From Alphaproteobacteria bacterium (GTDB lineage: Bacteria > Pseudomonadota > Alphaproteobacteria > SHVV01): a stretch of DNA of 64,000 bases. How positions within the stretch are numbered: position 1 is the first letter of the stretch; each line of letters begins with the position of its first letter. Shown here in pieces: positions 40,411-50,341 of the stretch. The DNA lies in the NCBI GenBank assembly GCA_965261735.1, contig OZ253470.1:4122980-4186979 (forward strand), read 5' to 3'. Position numbers and translations under genes: made by a program. A model generated the notes under the pieces. The model did not search any database. It saw only the letters and a program-made list of their open reading frames with translations, and was not told the DNA's origin.

Positions 40411-40869
40411 ATGTGTGCGTACTATTCGCCGGCTATCTATTCCCTTATTGATCACCGCGGGGACATGGCCCAATACGGAACGACCGTTGAGGCGTGCCCG
40501 GATACTATTGACGAGGTTCTCAAGGCACGAAACATGGGTGAGACAGTACATGAAGGTTGCTCTCCCTCATCACTTCCCCCGAACAGTCAATCTTTGTCTG
40601 ATATGATCGCATCGGATGACTGTACTGCCGCCGCATTACATCTGGCATGTTTTGTCGGTTTCCTTGCCCTCAAATCAGGCTCTGCCACCATTGAGGAAGT
40701 ACTGGGGGACACCGGCCTCATCCATGAGATGGTACACCGCATGTGTAGCGTAGATGAAGAGGATGATTATCCGTTCATCGAGAGCCAGGAGGAATTGGCG
40801 GATATGGCTCACCGCATAGAGCGGACAATACCTGGTTACCCATTCACACCCACTATGTATCGTCCTTGA
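40411..40869 (+). CDS. Hypothetical protein
   Basis: ORF in a lower-GC stretch (~50% GC). No recognised domain. Confidence 0.3.
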   Translation: MCAYYSPAIYSLIDHRGDMAQYGTTVEACPDTIDEVLKARNMGETVHEGCSPSSLPPNSQSLSDMIASDDCTAAALHLACFVGFLALKSGSATIEEVLGDTGLIHEMVHRMCSVDEEDDYPFIESQEELADMAHRIERTIPGYPFTPTMYRP

Positions 40870-41637
40870 CCATCGCAATAGGCGCATTCGTGGTGGTGAG
40901 CCAACCACTGGCGGGACCGTGGCGCATTCGGTGAGGACCATGCACGAGCGCGTGCGTCACCGGAGCCGACAGGCGACGGCTTGCCCGAGCACTTCAGCGT
41001 GGGGGACCGGGAGAGTCTCGCCAACCTCGACCCCGGCGCCCGTCAACGGGTACTGGACAAGCACCGGGCCATGGAGGCCGTGCAGAGCGGCGAGATCCTC
41101 GAACACCACGCGGACGCCTTTCAGCATGCAGAGCAGGGACAGATCGCGGCACAGCAGGTGCAATTCGAGCAACAGCGGATCCAGGCCGCGCTCGTCAGCG
41201 GGACACCTGCCGCGGCCGCTCCGCTCACGGGCTATCTGCTCGGCGCGCCCGAGGCCCATTGGAGCGATGCGGTCTCGTTCAGCGTCCGTTTCTTTGCATC
41301 GCTCATCCCATGTCCTCCTTTTCCGCTGTCTGATTAGCTGCCGCGCGGGCGGAAAACAGCAGCGCGCAAAGAGGTCTCGCACCTGGAGGCTCGGGTAGAC
41401 GGGTGTGCCTATTATCGGCAGGGGGCGGCCTACAAGGAGGGACGAGTGAAGAACCCAGACAAGTTTCGAGAACTCGTGTATGCCCCGCGGATATGTCCAA
41501 ATATGACGCATCCGCGTGTTAGTGTCTCTTTTCGCAAATGCCAGCCCCAGATGAATGTGCAGTTGAAGTAACGTCAGGGGTGGACATAGCAAAGTTCGCC
41601 GGGCGGCAAGAATCTAAAGCACGAAAAGAGGCATGAA

Positions 41638-41898
41638 ATGGATCTAGAAGATACGAAACCTACGCCGGTCCCAGAACCCCATCTCTTCGACAACGACAAA
41701 TTGCGGCTAGATGCTCCATATCGTCTTCTGTCAGTTTCGGGAGTGGACACTCTCCCATCGAAGCAGGCCCTGGCTGTGACTTTGGAATTTTCCGGCCCTC
41801 AGGAACCCCTGACTTTTGTCCTGTCGCTTCCTGCGGCGGCGCAAATGGTGAATCAGCTTCGAATGGCCGTTGACGAGTGTATGTATCAGATTTACTGA
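41638..41898 (+). CDS. Hypothetical small protein (86 aa)
   Basis: ATG with AAAAGAGG RBS. No recognised domain. Confidence 0.35.
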   Translation: MDLEDTKPTPVPEPHLFDNDKLRLDAPYRLLSVSGVDTLPSKQALAVTLEFSGPQEPLTFVLSLPAAAQMVNQLRMAVDECMYQIY

Positions 41899-42304
41899 AT
41901 GCAGCCCCCGCACCAGGCCCCTTAAAGCCGTAACAGGTCCTGTTGCGGATGACCCCTCTCTTGCGCAACGCCCTGCAGAACCTTTTCAGGAACAGGCCAG
42001 GTCCGGGCGCCGGGTGACTCCGATTGGCGTCTGCACTCTCGCGATCCCGCCCGCCATATCGTGGGTGATGTGGGAAGCAACACTGCCGTACGTGCTCGGC
42101 GTCGAGGCGCTGTGGGCGGGGGTATGGGCGTTCGCCGGGGCGGGCGCGGCCTGGAGAGTGTTTCAGTGGGGATTGGTTGCCGCGGTAGTGGCAGCGATCT
42201 ACTGGTTCCTGTCCAACCTCTCGTGAGGCCGCGCTCCGCCCCGGCGGGAGGTTGGGGATGCTGCGCGCCTTGGCCGACGGGACTGTTTTTGAAAGGATCA
42301 GATT

Positions 42305-42691
42305 ATGAGCGACGAGAAAATCATCATCGGGATTGAACACGCGCTTCTGACTCTCGCGCGGGCAGATCAAATTCTTGAGGACATTACCCCGTCCAGAGAG
42401 AGTGATGAGGATGATGAGGGTGATGATGTGATCCCGTGGCAGGCCGCACACGTGTGGATCTTCAGGGCGATGAGCTTGCTGATAGATTCACTGGATGGTA
42501 TCGAAACGGTGACCTTTTCGTCGGATGAAAGAATTCCCATTGCAAAAACCACCCAACCCTATGCGTACTTGCCCGCCCGGTATGCAGCGATAGCGGACAG
42601 GTACAAGGACCAAGCCCGCGAGGTTGAGGATCTTTTTGATGAGATTAAGGATGATTTGCGCGAATCTTCTTCTCTCGATGACGATGAGTAG
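42305..42691 (+). CDS. Hypothetical acidic protein (128 aa, Asp/Glu-rich tail)
   Basis: ORF with highly acidic termini (SRESDEDDEGDD ... SSLDDDE). A possible anti-restriction-like or DNA-mimic composition, which is speculative. Confidence 0.3.
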   Translation: MSDEKIIIGIEHALLTLARADQILEDITPSRESDEDDEGDDVIPWQAAHVWIFRAMSLLIDSLDGIETVTFSSDERIPIAKTTQPYAYLPARYAAIADRYKDQAREVEDLFDEIKDDLRESSSLDDDE

Positions 42692-42722
42692 CCGGCGCCG
42701 CGCTCACCAAACTGAGGCGGCA

Positions 42723-43214
42723 ATGCGGTACGAACAAAGTGGACGGCCACGATTGAAGTCTTCCGTCAGGACCGGGTGCATGTATGCGCTCGCGGCGGTC
42801 CTTGTCGCCGGCTTGGCGAGCCCGTCCTTTGCCGGCAAGCGCCATCGTCATCATCACGGCCACCACCACGGCTATGCTGCGGCAGCCATGGCCGGTTTCG
42901 GCATGTTGAGTTTGATGCTGAGCCGCCCGAGGGCGGACTATTACCGGTATGGAGGGTGGATGCCCACGAGGATCTATGGTCATCCACCAACAGTCCACGT
43001 CGTGCCGCAGGTGCGATATGTCGTTAGGCCAACACCACCATCGCGAATAGCTCCCGTCCGGCAACGCGCAACACTGCCTCCGGGCTGTCTGATGATCCGT
43101 GAATATCAGACGCGGATCATCATCGGCGGACGAGAGGTTGAGGCCTACGGCGATGCGTGTATGCAGCCCGATGGATCCTGGAGGCGCGGGCCACCCAAGC
43201 TTGTGCCTCACTGA
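42723..43214 (+). CDS. Secreted His-rich small protein
   Basis: Signal-peptide-like MYALAAVLVAGLASPSFAG followed by KRHRHHHGHHHG. Start is uncertain. Confidence 0.35.
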   Translation: MRYEQSGRPRLKSSVRTGCMYALAAVLVAGLASPSFAGKRHRHHHGHHHGYAAAAMAGFGMLSLMLSRPRADYYRYGGWMPTRIYGHPPTVHVVPQVRYVVRPTPPSRIAPVRQRATLPPGCLMIREYQTRIIIGGREVEAYGDACMQPDGSWRRGPPKLVPH

Positions 43215-43232
43215 CCTCTGGATAGTCGTGAG

Positions 43233-44038
43233 GGTGCTGTCAACTTAACGAAGGCAGGTCGCAGTTGAACGTCTGAACTGAGCGGCTCAAGCAGCAGCGG
43301 TCACGGTCCGCCACGTGTTCATCGCGTCACCGCGGAATTGGCGCATTGTCTTGCGAGTGATCAGATGACGTTGGACATTGAAGGTGTTGTAGATGGCGGC
43401 GTGGGTGGAGAGAAACCTTTGCGCCGATCCTGATGACTTGAAGCCCTGCATCCTGCGTTCTCGTTGTCGAACCGGCAGGTGCGAATTCTCCGCCCGATTA
43501 TTGCTCCGTCCGCCGGTAACGTGTTTCCCCGTCATGTTGAGATCACGCAATGCTGCCCCGTAAGATGGCAGTTTATCGGTCACCACCTTATTCGGCGCAT
43601 ACCCCTGCTTCTTGAGCAGTTTGCGCATCAGCTTGAGTGCTGCTTTCTTGTTCCTCCGGGACTGAACCGGGATATCCAGCACCTCACCCTCGCTGTCCAC
43701 CGCCCGCCATAGATACATCCGTTTTCCGTTGATGGAGGAAAACACCTCATCAAGGTGCCACCGGTCGTCTGGTCGAGGGCGTGATTGTCTCAGTTTTCGG
43801 GCATAGGCCTGCCCAAACTTTAAAGACCAGCGCCGTATCGTCTCGTAAGAAACATCGACACCACGTTCAGCGAGCAGATCCTCCACATCGCGGTAACTGA
43901 GCGGAAACCGGAAACACAGCCAGACGGCGCGCTGGATTATCTCTGCAGGAAACCGATGTCGGCGGTAGCTGATCTTGTTCATAACAGGAAGCTACTCGCC
44001 ACCCGCAGCTGACACCAGCCAGTTACCGTGACAGCACC
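43233..44038 (-). mobile_element. IS6-family insertion sequence
   Basis: ~806 bp. Terminal inverted repeats GGTGCTGTCA... at 43233 and (reverse complement) at 44038. Single IS6-type transposase. Confidence 0.7.
43287..43982 (-). CDS. IS6-family transposase
   Basis: MNKISYRRHRFP N-terminus and DDE region typical of IS6/IS26-like transposases, 231 aa. Confidence 0.85.
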   Translation of the reverse strand: MNKISYRRHRFPAEIIQRAVWLCFRFPLSYRDVEDLLAERGVDVSYETIRRWSLKFGQAYARKLRQSRPRPDDRWHLDEVFSSINGKRMYLWRAVDSEGEVLDIPVQSRRNKKAALKLMRKLLKKQGYAPNKVVTDKLPSYGAALRDLNMTGKHVTGGRSNNRAENSHLPVRQRERRMQGFKSSGSAQRFLSTHAAIYNTFNVQRHLITRKTMRQFRGDAMNTWRTVTAAA

Positions 44039-44155
44039 GATCGCCGAAGCGGTGCCCGAGGAAGATCCGGCCGAGCTCATCCGTGAAGTGCTGATTCTCG
44101 AAAGGGAAATCACAAAGGGACTCGAATTACTCTTGGCAGAGGTGGAGGGCCAGTA

Positions 44156-45976
44156 ATGGGCGAGCAATCTGCTTTCACGATCGAATCGAACGACTTGGCG
44201 ATCGCCCAGATTTTCAAGGATTTCTACGCCGTCCCCGACTTCCAGCGCGAATACGTCTGGGAGCGCGAGCACGTCGAGAAGCTCCTCGAGGACGTGCTCG
44301 ATGAGTTCTATGACGAAGATGCTCGGCTGATCGAAGGCCCAGAATACTTCCTGGGCAGCATTGTCTCCTGCCGTGACCATGAAGGGATCTTTCATCTCAT
44401 CGACGGCCAACAACGGATGACGACCATCTACCTTGTTCTGTGCGCTGCGCGTGACGCCTTGAGAGATGCCGACGATAAGCCCACGCGGGTCCTCGAGGCG
44501 CAAATTTCCTACACCTACTCCGATCCCAAAACGGGCGAAGACGTAGAGCGACATCGGCTCACCCTTCAGTACGAGGACAGCGATGGCATCTTGGAAAAAC
44601 TCGTAAAGGCTGACCAACCAGTCTCAGGCCTTCCTGAAACCACGGAGTCCGTGAGGAAGATACTCGCCGCCTATCGGACGATTCGAGAGTTTTTCTCGGT
44701 AAACCTGAGGGACGAACCAGCCGCGATCAAGAGATTCCTGGTGGCCTTCACCGGCCGCATCAAGCTGATCCGCATCCTCACACCGACGATCACCAACGCC
44801 CTGAAGGTGTTCGAGACCATTAACGATCGTGGAGTGGGCTTGAACGCCGTGGATCTCCTGAAGAACCTCCTCTTCATGAAGACGTCCACCGAGGATTATC
44901 CGAAGCTCAAGGATCGTTGGTAAATCCTGATCGACGTTCTCGATGACTGTGGCGAAAAGCCGCTGCGGTTTCTTCGTTACTACATCATGTCGCACTACGA
45001 GATCGACTATAGCCGCAGCATTCGCGAAGACGAAATCTACGACTGGTTCGTCAAGAATACGGAGGTCTGCGGCATCGACCATGATCCACTCGGTTTTGCT
45101 GAAGCGTTAACCGAGTGCGCACGGGCACACGCCAATTTCCTCTCTTCCAAGGACCGCCAGGGCAACGACAACCGATATCTTCGGAACCTCACCCTGCTCG
45201 GCGGCGCGCTTCGCCAGCAGCACATCCTCCTCCTTGCCGGTCGCCATCTCGCGCCCGATCTCTTCGACCAGCTGTGTCGCACCATCGAGAGCCTTTTCTT
45301 CTGTTACATCATCACGCGCGAACCGACCAAGACCTTCGAGCGAAATTTCGCCCGATGGTCGGGGGAGTTGCGCAGCTGCGAATACGCGGCCGCCCTTGAT
45401 GCCTTCCTGAACAAATATCTCATAGCGGACCTACGGGGGCGCACCGAACGGTTCGACTTCGCCTTCCGGGAACTCACACAATGGAACATCCAGCAGTACC
45501 GCATGCGGTACATCCTGGCGAAGCTCACCGAGTACATCGAGGAACAGGCATGGGGCAGCCCCACCTACGCCCAACTGGACCGCTACACGGACAAATCGGT
45601 CCACGTCGAGCACATACTGCCGCAGACACCCACTGCGGAGGTTCGGGAGGCATTCGACAAACCGGGCGAGTATGATGACTACCTCAGCCGGCTCGGTAAC
45701 CTTACGCTGCTGGAGAAGACCATCAACAGCTCGGTCTCCAACGGCAGCTATACCGACAAGGGGCCGGGGTATAGGCAGTCCTCTTTCCTGCTTACCAAGT
45801 CGCTAGCCGAGAAGCCGCACGTCGGGACCAACACTCAGCTGAACCGGGCGGTGGCCGATCTGATTCAGTTCGATTGCTGGAACTCGCAGACGATCGTACA
45901 GCGCCAGGAAATGCTGACCGCGCTGGCGCGAAAGGTATGGGACATGCCGTCGGGCACCAAGGAGGCAACGGGATGA
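44156..45976 (+). pseudogene. DUF262 (ParB/Srx-like, DGQQR) + DUF1524 (HNH-like) GmrSD-family type IV restriction-like gene, split by an in-frame TAA at 44921-44923
   Basis: ORF 44156..44923 has DGQQR (DUF262). ORF 44987..45976 has VEHILPQ (DUF1524). Both are in the same frame, separated by one stop codon. Confidence 0.6.
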
Positions 45977-47271
45977 TTTGGCCCCCAGTGCCCCTTGAGA
46001 AGCTCGCGCGTGCTTCTGGCGGAAGCACACCCAAGCGTAACAACGATTCCTATTGGAATGGCGATGTCCCTTGGGTGACCCCTTCAGACTTGCCAGCACC
46101 AGGAGCATCGATCGTCGATGTGGAGGACACCAAGGACCACATCACACAGGAGGGGCTCAATTCCTGTTCCGCCCTGCTCTTGCCGCCTGAAACGGTGCTC
46201 TTCTCCTCCCGCGCGACCATTGGGAAAATCGGTATTGCCAAGGTTCCTTTAGCGACCAACCAGGGCTTTGCGAATTTCACGCCCAACCTTGGTGTTGAGC
46301 CAAAGTATCTTGCATATGCGCTTCGGTATTTTACGCCACAGATCACCGCACTGGCCGGTTCTACTACCTTCAAGGAAGTGAGCCGGGGCGCGATCCGCAA
46401 ATTCCAGATCCCTCTCCCGCCCCCTTCGGAGCAGAAGCGAATCGTCGAAATTCTCGATCAGGCCGATGCGCTCCAGCGTGAATGTGCAGAGGCGGACGCA
46501 AAGAAACAGCGTATCCTACCAGCGCTATTCACGAGAATGTTCGGAGACCCGGCTACCAACCCCATGGGGTGGCCGACCGCACCGATGGGTGATGTTGTTG
46601 AGATTGGTACAAAACTTGTTGATCCAAACGGGAGTACGTATCTCGATCTGCCGCATATTGGTGGAGAAGAAATCGAAAAGAACACCGGCCGCATCCTTTC
46701 TACTAAATTAGTACGCGATAGCAAACTTCGAAGCAGCAAATTTCATTTCACGCGGGAACATATTCTTTATTCGAAGATTCGTCCTTATCTAAATAAAGTT
46801 TCCTATCCCGGTTTCGAAGGACTTTGTAGCGCGGACATTTACCCTCTACGTCCAAAAGATAACCACACCACAACATGGTATCTTGTAGCGCTTCTTCGCT
46901 CAACGTCCTTCCTCTGCTATGCAAACTTGCATTCAGAGCGGCTGCGAATGCATAAGTTGAATCGCGAGCAGTTGGGAGCGTTCAAAACACCTTTGCCCGA
47001 TCCTGAGTTACTGGAGGCTTTCGAGCAACGGGCACAGTCATTGGCCACATTTGACGTTAGTCGTTTTCACCGAGCTCGTGAAACGAAAACATTGTTCCAC
47101 GTCATCATTCATCGATCCTTCTCTGGCGAGCTCACCGCCAAATGGCGCGACAGCCACACCGATGAGCTATTGCGAGAAGCTCAGGAACAAGCGGAGGCGC
47201 TGGAGACGGTGTGTGCCGGAACCTCGACCGGCCCCCGCCGCGGACGGCCTTTGAAAGCGGTGTCATGTTGA
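45973..47271 (+). CDS. hsdS: Type I restriction-modification specificity subunit HsdS (two TRDs), orphan
   Basis: Conserved S-subunit central and C-terminal repeats (FQIPLPPPSEQKRIVEILD, TPLPDPELLEAFEQ). The second TRD is markedly AT-rich. No hsdM or hsdR in the window. Confidence 0.8.
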   Translation: MIWPPVPLEKLARASGGSTPKRNNDSYWNGDVPWVTPSDLPAPGASIVDVEDTKDHITQEGLNSCSALLLPPETVLFSSRATIGKIGIAKVPLATNQGFANFTPNLGVEPKYLAYALRYFTPQITALAGSTTFKEVSRGAIRKFQIPLPPPSEQKRIVEILDQADALQRECAEADAKKQRILPALFTRMFGDPATNPMGWPTAPMGDVVEIGTKLVDPNGSTYLDLPHIGGEEIEKNTGRILSTKLVRDSKLRSSKFHFTREHILYSKIRPYLNKVSYPGFEGLCSADIYPLRPKDNHTTTWYLVALLRSTSFLCYANLHSERLRMHKLNREQLGAFKTPLPDPELLEAFEQRAQSLATFDVSRFHRARETKTLFHVIIHRSFSGELTAKWRDSHTDELLREAQEQAEALETVCAGTSTGPRRGRPLKAVSC

Positions 47272-48944
47272 CAGCGATTCGCCTCGGCAATTTCAAGGCA
47301 TTCGGGGCGACCCAACGGGTGCCTTTGAAGCCCCTCACTCTAGTCTTTGGCCCCAATAGTGCCGGCAAATCGAGCATTATTCACAGTTTGGCGCTCGCAC
47401 ACGAGGCCCGTCGAAGCGGAAATCTCGACGCTTTCCGGACCGACGTCGGCGGCACATCGATCGATCTGGGCGGCTTTCGCCAGTATGTGTTTCGCCGCGA
47501 CCCTTCCCATCGTGTCGAGTTGGCGATGGAAATCGATGTCTCCAAGCTCTCTGGACGGTTGGCAGAAATACTGGCGCCCATACGCACCGCAGCAGTGTCG
47601 GTCAATTTCGGTTTACCTGTGGATGATCACGGTTATGCGCCAAGCGACGCATTGACTGAATTAGAGAGTTATAAGGTCGAAGGGGATGGGTCCGATCTAC
47701 TACGTATGAGCAGGCGCCCAGGCGGCAATCTCCATCTTGATCGTCTGGCGAACGAACATCCAGTGTTTCGCCAAGTCCTCAAGGCGATCGTCGAGACGGG
47801 CACTACCACTTCCGAACTCAGGAACGAAGACCAAAAGGTCCTTGATGAGACCATCGCCGACCTTATTCCGATGCTAAAGGTCAAAGCCGGGCGTTTTCTC
47901 CCAGATGGAATAGAGGGCACTTCGGAACAGGCCGAGAGTGGGGCCGCCGAAGCCATGCTCTTCCCCGTCGGTCGCGGCAGCAGATCAGAGGATCTGGCCG
48001 GTGCAGTTCGCTTCTATTTGCCGCGCATTCTGAATGAGTTGATCGGTGGGCTGGATCATGAGGTCGGTGAACAGATAGAGCGGCTTCAATATCTAGGGCC
48101 GCTTCGCTCGTACCCGCCCCGCCATCTGGCGTTTTCCGAACACGACGACGCGAACTGGCACGCCGGGGGCGGCTATGCGTGGGACGTGCTCCGGCGAGAC
48201 TGGATGGTCAGGGAGCAAGTCAACAAGTGGCTTGGGGCTAATTGGCTCAAGACCAACTACCAACTTGTGCTACGGGAATTTGTCGCGATGGATCAACTTG
48301 ACAAACCGCTTTCAACTGCATTCGAGACCTTTGAAGGCGACGACCAAGTCCTTGACCTTGAGGTAGATTACGATCATTCGAGCGGAGAACCTTCAGGTCA
48401 ATACCCGGTTATTAAAGACGCTGACGAAGCAATATCTCGCATCCGAACGTGTATCGAAATGTCCGACATCGACAAATTAGCGGAGTTAATCCTTGTCGAT
48501 CAAAGCACGGAGACCGTGGTTAGCCACCGGGACGTCGGCATCGGCATCTCGCAGGTTTTGCCGGTCCTTGTCTCGTGCTACGGCCTTCGCGACCAGATCG
48601 TCGCGATCGAGCAGCCGGAGATCCATCTGCACCCAGCGCTTCAGGCCGAGCTAGGCGATGTCTTTATTCAGTCGGCGCTCGGCGACAATAACAATGCCTT
48701 CGTTCTAGAGACCCATTCCGAACATTTGATCCTCAGGATCATGCGCCGAATTCGCGACACCGCCGATGATAGACTCCCTTCCGGTGTTCCTGCCGTCAAG
48801 CCCGACGACGTTTCGGTGATTTTTGTTGAACAAACGAAGGTGGGAGCAATCGTTCGGGTGCTCCAACTCGACACCGACGGCGAGTTTACCGATTCCTGGC
48901 CAGGCGGTTTCTTTGAAGAGGGCTTCAGAGAACGGTTCACTTAA
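47265..48944 (+). CDS. ABC-type AAA ATPase (AAA_15/21-like with DUF3696-like C-terminus), defense-associated
   Basis: N-terminal LTAIRLGNFKAF...FGPNSAGKSS Walker A. Distal Walker B/D-loop IVAIEQPEIHLHPALQ. ~560 aa, OLD/RecF-like split ATPase layout. Confidence 0.7.
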   Translation: MLTAIRLGNFKAFGATQRVPLKPLTLVFGPNSAGKSSIIHSLALAHEARRSGNLDAFRTDVGGTSIDLGGFRQYVFRRDPSHRVELAMEIDVSKLSGRLAEILAPIRTAAVSVNFGLPVDDHGYAPSDALTELESYKVEGDGSDLLRMSRRPGGNLHLDRLANEHPVFRQVLKAIVETGTTTSELRNEDQKVLDETIADLIPMLKVKAGRFLPDGIEGTSEQAESGAAEAMLFPVGRGSRSEDLAGAVRFYLPRILNELIGGLDHEVGEQIERLQYLGPLRSYPPRHLAFSEHDDANWHAGGGYAWDVLRRDWMVREQVNKWLGANWLKTNYQLVLREFVAMDQLDKPLSTAFETFEGDDQVLDLEVDYDHSSGEPSGQYPVIKDADEAISRIRTCIEMSDIDKLAELILVDQSTETVVSHRDVGIGISQVLPVLVSCYGLRDQIVAIEQPEIHLHPALQAELGDVFIQSALGDNNNAFVLETHSEHLILRIMRRIRDTADDRLPSGVPAVKPDDVSVIFVEQTKVGAIVRVLQLDTDGEFTDSWPGGFFEEGFRERFT

Positions 48945-48946
48945 AG

Positions 48947-49915
48947 GTGTTGGAATTGTTTTACGAATACGCGATCACGCCAGAAGTTTTCGACCCAGCC
49001 TTCTTAGCAGAAAACGGGGCGAACCCTGTGGTTATCACTCAGCTTCTCCGTGGAATTTGCGAAAACGAAATGATCGCCGTCCTGCATAAGAACGGATGGA
49101 GCAGAGACATTGCACAACGCATTGGTAGTGTGCCTTCACAGAAAAACAGAAACAAGCTCATGACGTTGTTGTCGGGTCTCAAGGACCGAAATCGGTTGGT
49201 ACGGCACCCAAAAGGACCGAACCATCCAAACGACAAATTGGAATGGCTGGTATTAGCTCGCGAAGCTCACAATCGTGCGCCACTTGACGCGCTCATGCTC
49301 ACCCCTGAATTGCTCAAGATTAGTGGCATGAATGATGAAATTTTGATTGAAGTTGATAGTGCGTTGGATTCGCGGGCTTGGCTTGCTCGAAAACGATCCG
49401 AGACAATCAAACAACGAGAAGAGGATTATCGAGGCTTGTTTCCGAAAATCCTGCGTCACTCAAAACGGCTTTACCTCATCGACCGCTTCTTCAGGCCCGA
49501 ACTGCGTCAATGGACTGACACGATTAAGATTTGCGACTCATTGATGGGGCAACGTGGCGGAGAACCGCTTCAGGGCATTATCGAGATACACACTGGCGAT
49601 CCTTCAAAGCGATGTTCGCCTCAACACGAAGCGGCGGCATGGGAACGTTGGAAGAGAGCGGAGTTCGTTCCAAATTTCCGCCACACGTTGTCAGTCGGGA
49701 TGTGGAAGAGATGCGACGACGGCAAACGCGTACATGACCGCTTCCTGATAACGGATCAGGTGGGGTTCTCGATTGCTGGTGGATTGGATTGCCTAAGGCC
49801 GCCATTTGGCACTCCGTCCGATACGATCTGGACACTGATGGATGAAGAGGAGCGACAGCTTTGGCTGAGCAAGTTTAGGGCGGACACAAGCCCTTACGAG
49901 AAAATTGAACCGTAG
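48947..49915 (+). CDS. Hypothetical 322-aa protein, partner of the ATPase (candidate effector)
   Basis: Starts 3 nt after the ATPase stop, co-oriented. No recognisable domain. Possible D...EVD...K nuclease-like motif. Confidence 0.5.
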   Translation: MLELFYEYAITPEVFDPAFLAENGANPVVITQLLRGICENEMIAVLHKNGWSRDIAQRIGSVPSQKNRNKLMTLLSGLKDRNRLVRHPKGPNHPNDKLEWLVLAREAHNRAPLDALMLTPELLKISGMNDEILIEVDSALDSRAWLARKRSETIKQREEDYRGLFPKILRHSKRLYLIDRFFRPELRQWTDTIKICDSLMGQRGGEPLQGIIEIHTGDPSKRCSPQHEAAAWERWKRAEFVPNFRHTLSVGMWKRCDDGKRVHDRFLITDQVGFSIAGGLDCLRPPFGTPSDTIWTLMDEEERQLWLSKFRADTSPYEKIEP

Positions 49916-50074
49916 CAGCGGTGAGCGAAATGTGAGGCGGCCTCGCCTTTTCGGACAGCTTGGCGGCTGAGTTAAGGTGTGACAACTTACAGCCCAAAAG
50001 GGCTATCTACACGAACATATACAGCGTTGCTCAATCCTCCTGATAATTACGATGTTACAATAGCTTGGCCTGTC

Positions 50075-50160
50075 CGCCATCAAAACAAATGGGACTGTTA
50101 ACCGTGTTTCATAAGGGAGGATCTGGCTCATCTTTGTTTGATGTTAAGCCGCTTGGCGTT
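50075..50160. repeat. Left ~86-bp terminal inverted repeat of nested IS21-family element (starts TGT)
   Basis: Reverse complement is ~95% identical to 54165-54250. Confidence 0.7.
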
Positions 50161-50341
50161 GATGGCCCAAGCGGTGGTTTTGGGTGGTCAGTTTTTGATC
50201 CTTTTTCCCTTTTTGTCAACGGCGGCGGGAATATGTACCGGGGCGGCGCTGCAAAAATGATGGAGTGGACGCCTCCTCCCGACGGCATCTGCATGTGCCA
50301 AGGTGGTGTTGTAGTTCGACCCCCTGAAGGAGGAGGCATCC

